The translations under genes were made by a program, and so were the position numbers. The notes below the pieces were generated by a model that did no database searches, was not told the origin of the DNA, and was given only the letters and a program-made list of their open reading frames with translations. A stretch of DNA of 64,000 nucleotides from positions 2,048,001 through 2,112,000 of the forward strand of contig CBDCYI010000005.1 of assembly GCA_965224085.1 (NCBI GenBank). Direction: 5' to 3'. The stretch comes from Candidatus Marinacidobacterales bacterium (lineage in GTDB: Bacteria; Acidobacteriota; Vicinamibacteria; Marinacidobacterales; SMYC01). Positions 37,615 through 48,956 of this stretch are shown here, piece after piece (the stretch's first letter is position 1; each line of letters opens with the position of its first letter).

Positions 37615-39825
37615 CTAAGGAAGTAGAGTGAAACGCGTCCCGCCCTCGACGATCGCGATGCGTCGACCCAAAGGCAGATCGTGGAACGTCTGGGTGAGCC
37701 CGGAGGTCGGCCACCAGACTTCGAGACGATCGATCTTTTTCGCTCTTCCCAGGCCGACCATCTGCTCGAGTGGATTGGCTCCAAACGTTCCCCCGCTGAT
37801 CACGTGCTTGTAGATGGTGCGGCGGCGGTCCCCTTCGTCGATATCGAAGCGCAGCCGGGCTCCCTGGGCGGAGCGATTCGACTGCCTCCCGATGAGCTTC
37901 ACGCCGATCCATTGGTTGCCGAAGCCCGGGTTCTCGTAGACAACGTCATGGAAGCCGTCGCCCGGGAGCGCACCGCCCATCTGCTCGAAAACGTCCTGAT
38001 CGCCGTCATGGTCGAGATCCGCAAACGCGATCGCGTGCCCCTTCTGCAAATGAGCGAAACCGCCGGCGGTCGTGACATCCGCAAAAGACTCACCGGATCG
38101 GTTGCGGAACATGACGTTGGGCATGACGTCCTGGTAGTCCGGATAGCCCGTACCCAGGTAGAAGTCCAGGTATCCATCGTTGTCCAGGTCGCCGAAGTTG
38201 GAGCCCATGGGGGCGTTGGGACTCTTCAGATTCTGCTCGAGGGCAACGTCTTCGAAACCGCCCTGTCCGTCGCCGCGATACAGCCGCGCCATCTCGATGT
38301 CGAGGGGCTGCCCGAGGTAAGCGGCGGCCAGGTGTCCGATTCTGGCGATGTAGGCGGATACGAACAAGTCAAGAGCCCCGTCGTTGTCGAAGTCCCAGAA
38401 CCAGGCGGGGAAACTGTCCACCGGGCCATCCACGCCGAGTTCCGTCGCCACGTCCGTGAAGGTTCCGTCGCCGTTGTTGTGGTAGAGACGGTTCGCGCCT
38501 TTCAGATTCGAGACATACAGGTCGGTAAAGGTGTCGGCGTCGTAGTCGCCCCAGATGACCGCCTTGGCAAACCGCAAATTCTCCACATCCGCTTCTCGCG
38601 CCACGTCGGTGAACGTCCCGTCCCCGTCGTTGCGAAGGAGCTGACAAGGGGCTGTCACGCCGTCGTACGTCTCGTTTCCGATATACAGATCCAGGTCGCC
38701 ATCGTTGTCGTAGTCGGCCCACGAGGCGGTCTGGGTAGGAAAGTGCTCCTCTCCCAGCCCGGAGTCGAACGTGACGTCGGTAAAGGTTCCGTCGCCGTTG
38801 TTGCGCAGGAGGGAGTTAGGGTGGAGCCCACTCCGGGACAGCCAGGCTCCGCGCAGTACCAGAACGTCGACGTCGCCGTCGTTATCGTAGTCGGCCTGGA
38901 GCATGTTGAGTCCGCCGGTAATTCCGGTCAGCCCCGCCGGTTCCGTCCGGTCCTCGAACGACCAGCTCCCCCGGTTTCGGAACAAGCGGATCTGACCCGC
39001 CGGATCCCACGTGGAGACGAGCAGGTCCAGCCGGCCATCGGTGTCGAAATCGTCCGCAATGGCGCTCCCGGAAAGACTGAAGGTGTCCAGCCCGACGCGC
39101 CGAGCAATATTGGCGAACCGGGGAAACGGCTCGTCGGAGTCGAACGCTTCCGGCGGAATCAAGTAGGCCTCGGGCACGTCCCCGGGATGAGCACCCAGCG
39201 TCATGAAAGCGATATTCAGAAGCCAGCGCGCGCTCATGTGAATGAGGGTGTCTTCGCTGGAGTTTTGGAGCACCTCGGTGAAGCACTCCACCGCTCTGAG
39301 CGATCCCTCTCGCTCGATATGAATGGCGTTTCCTCGAATCGGAAGGATGCAGCTTTCGGGCGCATTACGGAGACAACAGTTCTGGGTCTCGCCCAATCGC
39401 GTGTAGGCGACACCCATGCGGTAGAACAGTCGGTTTCTCCAGCCTGCGGCCAGTTCGGTCTCCACTTCGCGAAGCAGGCGGTACGCACCCAAAAAGCTCT
39501 CGATTGCCTCTTGCTCGCGGCCCAGGTCGAGCTCGGCCTCCCCTAGTCGGTAGTAGACCTCCCACTTGATGATTGCGGGTATCGTCTCCGGCAGCGCCGC
39601 CAGCTCGGCTCGTAGCGCGCGCGCTTTCTTGTCACCGATGTAGGGATTGTCTTCCGGCGTGCGGGCAACGATATCGGACAGCAGGGCGAGCATCTTCTGG
39701 TGCCCGGGATCGTGGGGCTGGACTCCTGGGGAGCTTGCCGCGAGCAGGAATGGGCTTGCGATCAGTGCGAGCGTCGCAAGCGATCGGAGGATGATGGTGC
39801 GCGATGTATTCATCGCAGGTATCAC
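37615..39825 (-). CDS. CRTAC1 family FG-GAP/ASPIC-UnbV protein with Cys-rich N-terminal helical region
   Basis: Signal peptide, GETQNCC...ESCILP, DYDNDGDLD repeats, GGTFGANPL...GLG...V.WP. Confidence 0.88.
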   Translation of the reverse strand: MIPAMNTSRTIILRSLATLALIASPFLLAASSPGVQPHDPGHQKMLALLSDIVARTPEDNPYIGDKKARALRAELAALPETIPAIIKWEVYYRLGEAELDLGREQEAIESFLGAYRLLREVETELAAGWRNRLFYRMGVAYTRLGETQNCCLRNAPESCILPIRGNAIHIEREGSLRAVECFTEVLQNSSEDTLIHMSARWLLNIAFMTLGAHPGDVPEAYLIPPEAFDSDEPFPRFANIARRVGLDTFSLSGSAIADDFDTDGRLDLLVSTWDPAGQIRLFRNRGSWSFEDRTEPAGLTGITGGLNMLQADYDNDGDVDVLVLRGAWLSRSGLHPNSLLRNNGDGTFTDVTFDSGLGEEHFPTQTASWADYDNDGDLDLYIGNETYDGVTAPCQLLRNDGDGTFTDVAREADVENLRFAKAVIWGDYDADTFTDLYVSNLKGANRLYHNNGDGTFTDVATELGVDGPVDSFPAWFWDFDNDGALDLFVSAYIARIGHLAAAYLGQPLDIEMARLYRGDGQGGFEDVALEQNLKSPNAPMGSNFGDLDNDGYLDFYLGTGYPDYQDVMPNVMFRNRSGESFADVTTAGGFAHLQKGHAIAFADLDHDGDQDVFEQMGGALPGDGFHDVVYENPGFGNQWIGVKLIGRQSNRSAQGARLRFDIDEGDRRRTIYKHVISGGTFGANPLEQMVGLGRAKKIDRLEVWWPTSGLTQTFHDLPLGRRIAIVEGGTRFTLLP

Positions 39826-39877
39826 GCCTACCGCTATGTTAGCGCCAAAACAAAGTAAATGCGAGTGCTCCCGGACC

Positions 39878-41314
39878 CTAACGGATCAAATACCACTCGG
39901 TCTGATATGGCCTGAAGTAGACGTAGCCCTTCTCGGTCAGGTACGCGTCGTCCTCCATCGGTATGAGAACCGTCTCCCCGTTCCACTCCGGTACGGCCGT
40001 TCGCGCGCTGAACTCGATCGAGCGGTAGGCGCCTGGCCGAAGCACCGAGTCCTCCTCCGGTCGCACCCCGAGCTTCATATCGCGGGCGGATAGACTCGGT
40101 CCGACCGCGTGGCCGTGATGGCCGATGGCGTGCGAGTAGATGCTCGGCTGAAAGTCGACTCCCTCGAGCTCTTTCATGATGGCGAGCGTTGCTTCGCGTC
40201 CGGTCATGCCAGGGCGCGGCGCACTCGCCATCGCCTGGTGGACGATATTGGCGTTTTCGAGGGTGCGCTTCAGCCCTTCGGGAGCATCGTCCTCGCCCTC
40301 CCTCAAGATGTAGGCGACCTTCTGCCAATCGCTGGCAAAGCCCAGATAGTTGAAGCCGCAATCGAGGTGAATCACGTCGCCCTTCTGATACACCAGATCC
40401 TGGGGGGCCGGATGGACATAAGGGATCGTTTTGCCAGTGGCCGGCTCCCACCGTTGCACCGCGGTGTGGATCTCGAACCAGGGCTCGGCATCCACGCCCA
40501 GAGAAGCGATCTGCTGGTTGAACCACCACTTGACGTCCGCCGCACGTGTGACTCCCGGCGTGATGACCTCGTTCGAGAGCGTCCTCTGGGCAATCACATC
40601 GGTCGCAAGCACTAGCGCCCGATAGAGCTCGAGCTCTTCAGGAAGGCGGGTATCGAGATAGTCCTCGATGAGTGCGCTGGCCGATACGAAGCGGCGGCTG
40701 GCCTCGGCCCCCAGCGCTTCGGACAAGAAGCGATACGCGTCGAGCGTGATCCCGCTGTTCTGACCGCGTCCACCACCCATGTTGAGGGCGATCGTCTCGG
40801 GCTCGTAGCGCTGATAGAGTGTTCGGAGCCCCTCGGCAACGTCCTGGCGGCCTCGGTCGGACCGAGGTACCGGGAGCGGCTCGAAAAAACGCTGGTAGTT
40901 TTCGGTGGGTCGCCAGTAGTTCGAGAACCGGGCGAGCCCCTCGTCACCCGAATCGACGAAGACGTGAACGTCGAGCCGTCCCGTGTAATAGAGATCGGGA
41001 GCGATGTACTCGAAGACGGCGTCCGGGTGGAATTCGTGGCTGGTGACGATCCACATCGCGACGCCGTACTTGCGCATCATGGGCAGTAGCTGCGCGTGCT
41101 TGCTCACGAGCCACTCGAGCCTCAGCTCGTACTGCGCGCGCACTCCGAGGAGTCGCGGCAGCGGTGGCACGACACGACCGTCGAACAACCGTACCGATCC
41201 ATCCTCTCGACGCTCGAACAGCTTGCCTGTCGCGTCTTGGGACGACAGCAAAGCTGTCACCAGCGGAATGAAGGTGATAAAAGACAAGCATGTAATGATG
41301 ACTCGACGTCTCAT
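39878..41314 (-). CDS. M24 family metallopeptidase (Xaa-Pro aminopeptidase-like), exported
   Basis: GDVIHLDCG.....SD, HAIG..GH, SIE, MEDD metal-ligand pattern; signal peptide. Confidence 0.85.
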   Translation of the reverse strand: MRRRVIITCLSFITFIPLVTALLSSQDATGKLFERREDGSVRLFDGRVVPPLPRLLGVRAQYELRLEWLVSKHAQLLPMMRKYGVAMWIVTSHEFHPDAVFEYIAPDLYYTGRLDVHVFVDSGDEGLARFSNYWRPTENYQRFFEPLPVPRSDRGRQDVAEGLRTLYQRYEPETIALNMGGGRGQNSGITLDAYRFLSEALGAEASRRFVSASALIEDYLDTRLPEELELYRALVLATDVIAQRTLSNEVITPGVTRAADVKWWFNQQIASLGVDAEPWFEIHTAVQRWEPATGKTIPYVHPAPQDLVYQKGDVIHLDCGFNYLGFASDWQKVAYILREGEDDAPEGLKRTLENANIVHQAMASAPRPGMTGREATLAIMKELEGVDFQPSIYSHAIGHHGHAVGPSLSARDMKLGVRPEEDSVLRPGAYRSIEFSARTAVPEWNGETVLIPMEDDAYLTEKGYVYFRPYQTEWYLIR

Positions 41315-41651
41315 TTCGTCACTTCCTTTGTTTCGGTGCTCACCGAGCGTTGAGGATAACAGAGTGGCGAGAGAGAGGATAAGCGTCCGAACAAGAATAA
41401 ACGCCTCGAGCTCCCTGCCCCTGGACTTTCCGCTTTGAACCGGTTAGCTGCCATATCGGAAGATGAGCCGCTTGAGTACAATGAGCTCGCGCGCCCCTGG
41501 CGCCTCGGGGTCCTTTCGGCGGGCATGAAAGAAGAACCTTATCTGCTGCCGCGGTCCGAAGGAGCTTGGAGGCTGTCTGTTTCTCAGGAGACCGTTCTGT
41601 CGTTTACACTGCAACGGCGCGAGGATTGCTGAAGGGTGCACGGAGGCAAGC

Positions 41652-43262
41652 ATGAGAGCTTTGAGATGGACCTCGACGGTTCTGGCTGCGACTTTCCTGG
41701 GAGCTCTGGTCGCTCCGAAGGACCTTCAAGGAAGGACAGAGAGTACGTCGGAGCAGGAAGGGCAGAACCCGGAGTTCGAGAGGGTTATCGACAGATACCT
41801 GGCGGAGTTTCACGGAGTGGGAGAGAGAACCGGTCCTCCGGACGACGGCTCGATCGGCTATTACCGGCATCAGCTCGACAAGGCCAGAGAGCTTTTGGCT
41901 CAACTCCAGCAAATCGATCGCGACTCCCTGAGCTTCGATCAGGACATCGACTATCGCTACCTCGAAGGGATCTTGAAATCGAAGGTCATGGACGGCGAGC
42001 GGGTCAAGCGCTGGCAGCAGGACCCCCGCATCTATATCCGCATCGAGCCGATCATTTCGGCCAGAGGCGGTCTGCTCCATGACGAGCTTCGTCCGCTCGA
42101 CGAGAGAGCGGAGAGAATTCTGGAAGTGCTGCGCATCATCCCCGCTCGACTCGCCAACGGCAAGAAAAACCTGACTCAGTTCATTCGCCTGTGGCTCGAG
42201 CCCAGCAAAGCGGAGCTCGCGGGGAACATCCAGATCCTCGAAAAGGATCTTCCTCGCTTCGCGGATCGGGTCGAGAAACGACGAGCGACGCTGCTGGCGG
42301 AGAGCCAGAAAGTCCTCGCCGCGCTTCGAGATTTCGGAGGCTTTCTCGCGACGGAGCTGCCCCAACGGCCGCCCGGGGACTGGAGAGTAGGACGGGATAT
42401 CTTCGACTTCCGCCTGCGTCAGCTGCACCACATCGAAGATATGGACGCGGAGTCGTTCTACGAATGGGGCAGGCGCGCGTACCGGGAGCAGTTGCACACC
42501 CTCGAGCTGACCGCTTGGCGGCTCGGCGACGGGCGAACCTGGCAGCAAATTGAGCTCGACTTGCAGGCCGACCACCCGACGGCCGAAGCGCTGATCTACG
42601 AACACATCAAGGCGGTACGCCGCAATCGCCAGTGGGTGCTCGAGAAAGATTTGGTCTCCTTTCCCTGGGACCAGGACAACGCCGCCATTTCTCGGGCCTC
42701 GCCTGCGGTCTACAGCAACAGAGGGTACGGCAACGGCGGAGCGCCCAGGGCCTTCGGTTCGACCGCTCCGGGGGGCTGGAACGTGGTGCCGGTCGATCCG
42801 AAGTGGAGTCCGGAAAAGCGGGAGGAGTTCCTGCGCGGCCACAGCTGGGCGATGATCAACGCCATGGTAACGCACGAAGTCTACCCGGGCCACGGCCTCG
42901 TGCAGCTCTACTTGAACCACAATCCCAGGAAGCTACGCACCTATGAGAGCAGCTATGCCAACCAAGCCTGGTGCTATTACGTGGAGTGGGTTCTGACTCC
43001 CCAACACGGCTTCTATCCTCCTGAGAAACAGAAGGAGTACATGGTTGAGATGGAACGGAACAAGCTGTGGCGCTATGCACGCGTCATTGCCGACGCGGGG
43101 ATGCACACCGGGAAGGTGAGCTTCGATGAAGCCCTGCAGCTAATGCACCAGGGATTGCTCTTCTCGGAACGATTCGCTTTCATCCAGGTGGAGCGAACGA
43201 CTGGCGGCGGCAGTGGAAATTCGATTCCAACCTGGGGCTACCATCAGATCTTGCAGTTGAGA
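41652..43262 (+). pseudogene. DUF885 family protein, C-terminus lost at a junction near 43262
   Basis: HEVYPGH, W.YY.E, R.ARV..D.GMH, GY.QI..LR, then an abrupt switch to M20-type sequence. Confidence 0.75.
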
Positions 43263-44154
43263 GGCCGGCATGACTTGTGCACTCGAAGCCCTGTTGGCAG
43301 CGGGACTGAAGCCCGAGGGCGACGTCATTCTGGCAAGCACGCCGAGCAAGAAGCGCGCTCGAGGGATCATCGCCGTTCTGGAGCATGGGTATGAAGCGGA
43401 TGGGGTCGTCTATGTGCACCCAGCAGAGTCGGGGCTGGGTCTGGGAGAGATCAAGGCAGCCGCAGCCGGCTTGATGAGCTTTCAGATCACCGTGCCTGGG
43501 CGTTTACCCCCCACGGGAGAGCCCGGACATACAGCCTTTCACCACCTCGCAGTCGACCCGCTGGACAAAGCATGGCTCATCTATCATGCGTTGGCGTCGC
43601 TTAACGAAAAACGGGGTCGTGAGGTGCACCATGCGGCCTTTGATGAATCCGTTGGGCGCTCTACCAACTTGCACGTTGCGCACATAAGCTGTGGCCGAGA
43701 AAATCTACCGATTCGCGTTGCCCCCGAGTGTGTTCTTGGCGTATCGGTCACGCTTCCTCCCGGAGAGCGACTGGCTGACCTGCAAGCGGAGATCTCCCGC
43801 ACCGTAGAAGAAGCGGCAAACAGGGACGATTGGCTCAGAGAGAACCCACCGACGATCAAGTGGCTTTCCGGCACGATAGGTACGGAGATATCCACCGATC
43901 ACCCGCTGTACCAGACAGCGAGCCGAGCCATCGTGGCGGTGACGGGTTGCGAGCCAGTGCTCAATCCGATGCACACGGCCAGCGATATCCGCAATCCAAT
44001 GCTGTTCAATAACATCTCGACCGTGGGTCTAGGCCCTCTGGCGGGGAACCTCGTTCAGATAGGTGGTCACGACGAGTGGATACACGTGGATGAGTACGTC
44101 AGGACCCTGAAGGTTGTTGCTTCGATCATCGTCGATTGGTGCGGCGCGAAGTAG
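43262..44154 (+). pseudogene. M20/ArgE-DapE-like peptidase, N-terminally truncated
   Basis: A..L...G....GDVILA, F.ITV.G...GH, SD.R, G.GP....HDEW...EY. The first ~100+ residues are missing. Confidence 0.7.
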
Positions 44155-44213
44155 GCCCGAAAACGGTTGATGACAACTCTTGACAATATCTCCTCATTCG
44201 AAGGAGGCAAAGA

Positions 44214-45884
44214 GTGTCTAGCAAAGGGTTGACGGCCGTTGCCATGTTAGTGGCCATGGTTGTGTTGGCACAGTGGTACGCTGCCTGCGTCGGCCCGGCT
44301 GCACCCCCACCGGCTCCGGGAAAGTCCGGAGATACGGATACAGCCGCCCCTCAGCCGGTCCAAGAAGGTGGAACCTTGATCGTCGGCTGGGCAGGGGAAC
44401 CGCAAGCCCTGGATGTTCTGTCTAATTCGGTGGCCACCACCCGCATCACCAGCCTCATTGCTGAGAATCTGGTGGCGGAAGATACCACCGCCGTCGGGAA
44501 GACCTTTGCCCCTGCCGTGCCGGGTTTGGCGGAGAGTTGGGAGGTCTCCGAGGACGGGCTGATCTACACCTTCCAACTGCGCCAGGGGGTCCAGTTTACC
44601 GATGGTGCGCTGTTCGACGCCGACGCGGTCAAGGCCAACTTCGATCGCGTTATGGACCTCGAATCACCGCTGTACTACGAGCTGAGGCAGGCCGTCGTGG
44701 CCAGCCGGATCAAGACGATTGCCAGCTATCGTTCCGTCGATCCGCATACCTTTGAGATCACACTGAAGGAGCCTTTCGGGCCCTTCATTGGCGCCCTGAA
44801 GCACAGAACGTTCGGCATTGTCAGTGCAGGGCCGCCAAGCGGGCTGAGGTATCCGGCATGATTCGGAAGATGACCTGGTTCACATGTACGGGCTTCTCGT
44901 CCTGTCTCCAGTAGTCCGGGTTTCTCTCCAGCACTACCTTCACGCCTTGCTCGCGCTCGACGAACTTGAACGGGCCAGTGCCCACCAGGTGCTCGCCGGT
45001 CATTTCCTGGCTCGACGACTCGAGCGCCGTGGGAGGCCGGCGAGATAGATGTGGAATTGTCAGTGCCCGCGGACAGGGTCGCCGATTTAGTCGCGCATCC
45101 TGACGTCGAGGTGGTCTATCCTGGTCATCCACACGTCGCGTTCTGGATATTCAATCACAACAAGCCCCGACTCCAGAACCCGAAGGTACGTCAGGCCATC
45201 TGGCATGCCATTGATGCCGATGGAATGGTCGCGAGTCTGTTTGGCGAAACGGCTGTGTCCATGAACAGCTTTCTTCCACCAGGCAATCCGGGCTATCGTC
45301 CTGACTTCAAGCGGCCCTATCCCTACGATCCCGAAAGGGCCAAGGCGTTATTGGCCGAGGTCGGCTATCCGGACGATCTGAAACTTACCATCGCTTACCC
45401 GCAATCCGGCTCTGCTTCCTACATGGATGGTCCGCTCATGGCCCAGTGGGCACAGGCCAACCTTCAAGCTGCCAGCATCGAGACCCGACTGGAGTTGTAC
45501 GAATGGGCTACCTGGATTAGCAAGTTTAACTCAGGCATGGATGAGAGCATCGACATCGCACTCCAAGGATGGCAGAGCATCGCTTACGACCCGTATATGC
45601 TGGAACAGCTTTTTACCACTGCTGCTCGACCACCCAATGGTGTCAACAGATCCTGGTACAGCAATCCTGAGTTCGATGCGCTGTTGGATGGGGCGCGCTC
45701 GCTCAGCGATGACGACGAGCGCACGAAGCTCTACCAACAAGCGGAAGAGGTGTTGCTGCAGGATGCCGCTGCGATACCTGTGGCTCATTCCAGACTACCG
45801 CGAGCTTATAACACCAGGGTTCATGGCATCGCCTTTGGCCCCTCCACCTGGTTCGAGCTGACCGGGGTCTGGATCGAAGAGTAA
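44214..45884 (+). pseudogene. ABC peptide/nickel transporter substrate-binding lipoprotein (family 5) with an inverted internal 210-bp segment
   Basis: PGLAESWEVSEDG..YTF.LR.GV.F.DG at the N-terminus. The middle part (VGTGPFKF...LERNPDYW) lies on the minus strand at 44825-45034. C-terminal part VRQAI..AID...YSNPEFD. Confidence 0.85.
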
Positions 45885-45915
45885 GACAAAAGGTTTTGTG
45901 TCAGTGGAGTCAGAC

Positions 45916-46754
45916 ATGGGACGGTATGTACTGAGACGGCTTCTTTCGATCGTGCCCGTTATTCTTGGCGTCACCATTGTCGTGTTTCTGCTGATCAAGC
46001 TGGTTCCCGGGGATGTTGCCTCCGTCCTGTTGGGCCCCGAGGCCACACCCGTAGAGATTGAGGCGCTGCACAAGGCGCTGGGACTGGACGAACCACTTCA
46101 AGTCCAGTACTTCAGATGGTTGGGCAGCGCTATCCAGGGCGATTTGGGTGACTCTATCGAATACAGGGTTCCTGTTCAGGCTTTGATCTTCGACCGGCTG
46201 GGTAACACCTTGATCTTGACACTGACCGCTCTGTTCTTGTCTACCAGCGTGGGAGTAACCATTGGCGTGATCTCGGCCACGCGGCAGCATTCTTTTTTTG
46301 ATCGAATTGGAATGTTAGTGGCCCTTTTCGGGAACAGCATGCCGGCCTTCTGGTTGGGGATGCTGCTGATCCTGACTTTCTCTCTCCGTCTATCCTGGTT
46401 TCCTGTGGGTGGAATGTACTCGATAAGGGGTGACGAGGGGCTATTGGATCTAGCGCACCATTTGGTGCTCCCAGCCATTACTCTGGGAAGTCTGTCCATG
46501 GCGATCATAGCTCGCATGACCCGCTCCTGCATGCTGGACGTGCTAACGCAGGACTATGTGTGGTCTGCCAGAGCCAAAGGTTTAAAGGAGCACACCCGTC
46601 GTCCTGGTTCATGCCTTGCGCAATGCTTTGCCGCCGGTTGCCACTGTGGTGGGCTTGCGATTCGGCACGATGCTGGGTGGCGCCGTGCTCACCGAGATCG
46701 TGTTTTCCTGGCCGGGAGTAGGGCGCCAGATGTACCAGGCTATCTCTACCAGAG
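45916..46754 (+). pseudogene. ABC transporter permease (DppB/OppB-like), frameshifted near 46595 and truncated by an IS1634 remnant
   Basis: Y.LRRLL..VP...GV, GLD.PL..QY..W, QDYV..ARAKGL, continuing in the next frame as HALRNALPP...GGAV.TE.VF.WPG.G. Confidence 0.85.
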
Positions 46755-47116
46755 AGCCGTGGGGCAGTGTCCGCTGCACGACGAACACATCCGACGGAGC
46801 CATCAAGGGCTCGTCTCTCAGTAAGCGTCGCAGGGGCTTCGACCTTGGCCTTGGGCCACTCCGTCAGATTGGCGATGGTGCGTTTTCGGATGCGCTTTCC
46901 CTCTCGCCAACCCTCGCGCAACAAGATGGCTGGCCGGGAGTTCCGGTTGGGAACGATGTCGACATACATGGCAACAATAATACACATAAAAAGCTTAATA
47001 TCAATATAAAACAGATCAATACATGGGAAAACTTGTGGGGCCACATTTTCTCGTTTCCCACTTAGAATCAATGAATTACACCCCGTTCTAGGTGTTTCTG
47101 TTAGGGGAACTTTTGG
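46755..47116 (-). mobile_element. IS1634-family remnant (left end plus 5' part of transposase)
   Basis: ATG 46969 gives MYVDIVPNRNSRPAILLREGWREGKRIRKRTIANL...(frameshift)...QRTLPHG. AT-rich end abuts the thioesterase stop codon. Confidence 0.75.
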
Positions 47117-47543
47117 CTAACGCCGGCCCGAGAGCTCTTGGAGCTTCGCCTCGAGCCGCTTCGCCTCGAGCCGCTTTCGGTGCCGCTCGACGTCGATCAC
47201 GAAGCGGACGTGCCGGCCACGGCCCACGACTTCCACGCTGTCTCGCACTTCGGCCTCGAGCGTGACCTTCCGGCGGTCGACATCGGTCACCGTGAGCTGA
47301 ACTTCGACCCACGCGCCGAGAGGTGTCGCGCCGACGTGGTCCATCGAGACATGCGTTCCGACCGAGCTCTCACCTTCGTCGAGATGCTCGCCCACGAGCT
47401 GCAACGCGGTATTCTCGACGTCGCGCACCATCGACGGCGTCGAGTAGACGCGACCCTCTTTCCCGAGAAATGCGATCGTACGAGGCTCGTCGACGATGAT
47501 CTTTTGCGTTGTCGAAACACTAGGAACGAGAGAATGCTTTCAT
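47117..47543 (-). CDS. Hotdog thioesterase (FlK-like); apparent +1 error just after the ATG
   Basis: VYSTPSMV..E, SVGT...DH..ATP.G, G.H.RFVID. Removing one A from ATGAAAG joins the ATG to the frame KHSLVPSVS... Confidence 0.8.
47143..47176 (-). repeat. 15-bp tandem repeat (KRLEA x2)
   Basis: gcttcgcctcgagcc twice plus a partial copy. Confidence 0.85.
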
Positions 47544-47550
47544 GACCCGA

Positions 47551-48168
47551 TCACTTCGAGATGTCTCGATACCACTTGGGATGGTGCGACGCCGCCCAAC
47601 CGGGCCGCACCCAGCCTTGAATCATGCCACGCAAAGCTCCGGGGACGGCAGCCGTCCCCATATAGATGTGGACGATGATTCCACCGATGGAAAGCACGGC
47701 GACCGCGGGATGCACAAGGATCGCGGCGAGCCGGAGGGTGCGCGCCGTCGTCTCGGGAAACCAGAGGACGACCCCGGTGGCGATGAGAAGGATCACGGCC
47801 AGGGACTGCACCCAAAAGAGCACCTTCTGCCCCGCGTTGAACCTCCCGGGCTCGGGTAGACCTTCTTCTTCGTGAACGGCATATTTGTGCGCGTTCGCGA
47901 GCCACACCTTGTCGTCGGCATCGAGCTTCATTTCCCGGGCCCAGTTTCTGAACATGAGCCCGAGCGCTACACCAAAGAGGACCCCGCCCCACGGATGCCA
48001 GCGCCGCACGGTCTCGCCGCCGCCGAGAACGCTCGAAAGCCAAAAAAGATGGGGCGACCAAAGAGCGAGACCCGACAACGCGGCATAAAGAAAGCTGAGC
48101 GCCGCCATCCAATGCGTCGCCCGTTCCGCGAAGGAGAAGCGCACCAGCTTTTGGCTCGCGTCGCTCAT
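47551..48168 (-). CDS. fdnI: Formate dehydrogenase gamma subunit (cytochrome b556)
   Basis: RF...ER..HW, GRFNAGQK, HIY, W...HHP.WY. Confidence 0.92.
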   Translation of the reverse strand: MSDASQKLVRFSFAERATHWMAALSFLYAALSGLALWSPHLFWLSSVLGGGETVRRWHPWGGVLFGVALGLMFRNWAREMKLDADDKVWLANAHKYAVHEEEGLPEPGRFNAGQKVLFWVQSLAVILLIATGVVLWFPETTARTLRLAAILVHPAVAVLSIGGIIVHIYMGTAAVPGALRGMIQGWVRPGWAASHHPKWYRDISK

Positions 48169-48956
48169 GGCGCTTTATCCTCATAGGTCTTCGGACCGAA
48201 GCGAACGTAGTGCAGAAAGGCCCCAAGCACGCCGCCGACCAACAACGCGTTGCCGAGCCACTTGAGCGGGCCTTTCCACAGGCGCACCGTCAAGGGCACG
48301 ACCGGATCGTTCGGGAGGCCATAGTCTTCGGGGTTCAAGGCATCTCCGAGCACGTAGATGACGTTGGTCCCGCCCACACCCGCGGGATTATAGACACCCG
48401 CTTTCTCGCTTCCACGCGCCCGCAGCTCCTCGGAGCGATCGTTCGCGATCTGAACCAGGTCACTGCGCTCGCCGAAGGTCAGACAATTCGTGGGGCAAGC
48501 TTTGATGCAGGCAGGCTCGAGCCCGACGGCCGTCCGATCGGAGCACAAGTTGCACTTGTACGCCTTGCGCGTCACCGGATTCAGCTTGGGTACGTCGAAA
48601 GGGCAGCCGGTGATGCAGTAGCCGCAGCCGATGCACTTCTCCTCGTCGATGTCGACCGTGCCGTTTTCGTGGCGGAATATAGCTCCCGGCGCGGGACAAG
48701 CGGTGAGACAACCGGCATCGACGCAATGCATGCATTGGAACTTCGCCATGAGCCAGGACAGGTTTCCGTCCTCGCGCTCGATCTCATTGAACTGGATCAA
48801 GTTCCAGAAATCGTGGCGCGTCGTGGGAAAGGTCTGATAAGAGCCGTCGAAGCTAGAGGCGGTGAGGCCTTGCTCGTTCCACTCTTGGCAGGCTGCTTCG
48901 CACGCCTTGCAACCGATGCACGTCGTGGTGTCGATCAACTTGGCGACAGTGACCAT
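48165..48956 (-). CDS. fdnH: Formate dehydrogenase beta (Fe-S) subunit
   Basis: CIGCKAC, CMHC...C...CP, CIGCGYC...CP, C.LC.DR...PAC...CP; C-terminal TM helix. Confidence 0.93.
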   Translation of the reverse strand: MVTVAKLIDTTTCIGCKACEAACQEWNEQGLTASSFDGSYQTFPTTRHDFWNLIQFNEIEREDGNLSWLMAKFQCMHCVDAGCLTACPAPGAIFRHENGTVDIDEEKCIGCGYCITGCPFDVPKLNPVTRKAYKCNLCSDRTAVGLEPACIKACPTNCLTFGERSDLVQIANDRSEELRARGSEKAGVYNPAGVGGTNVIYVLGDALNPEDYGLPNDPVVPLTVRLWKGPLKWLGNALLVGGVLGAFLHYVRFGPKTYEDKAP

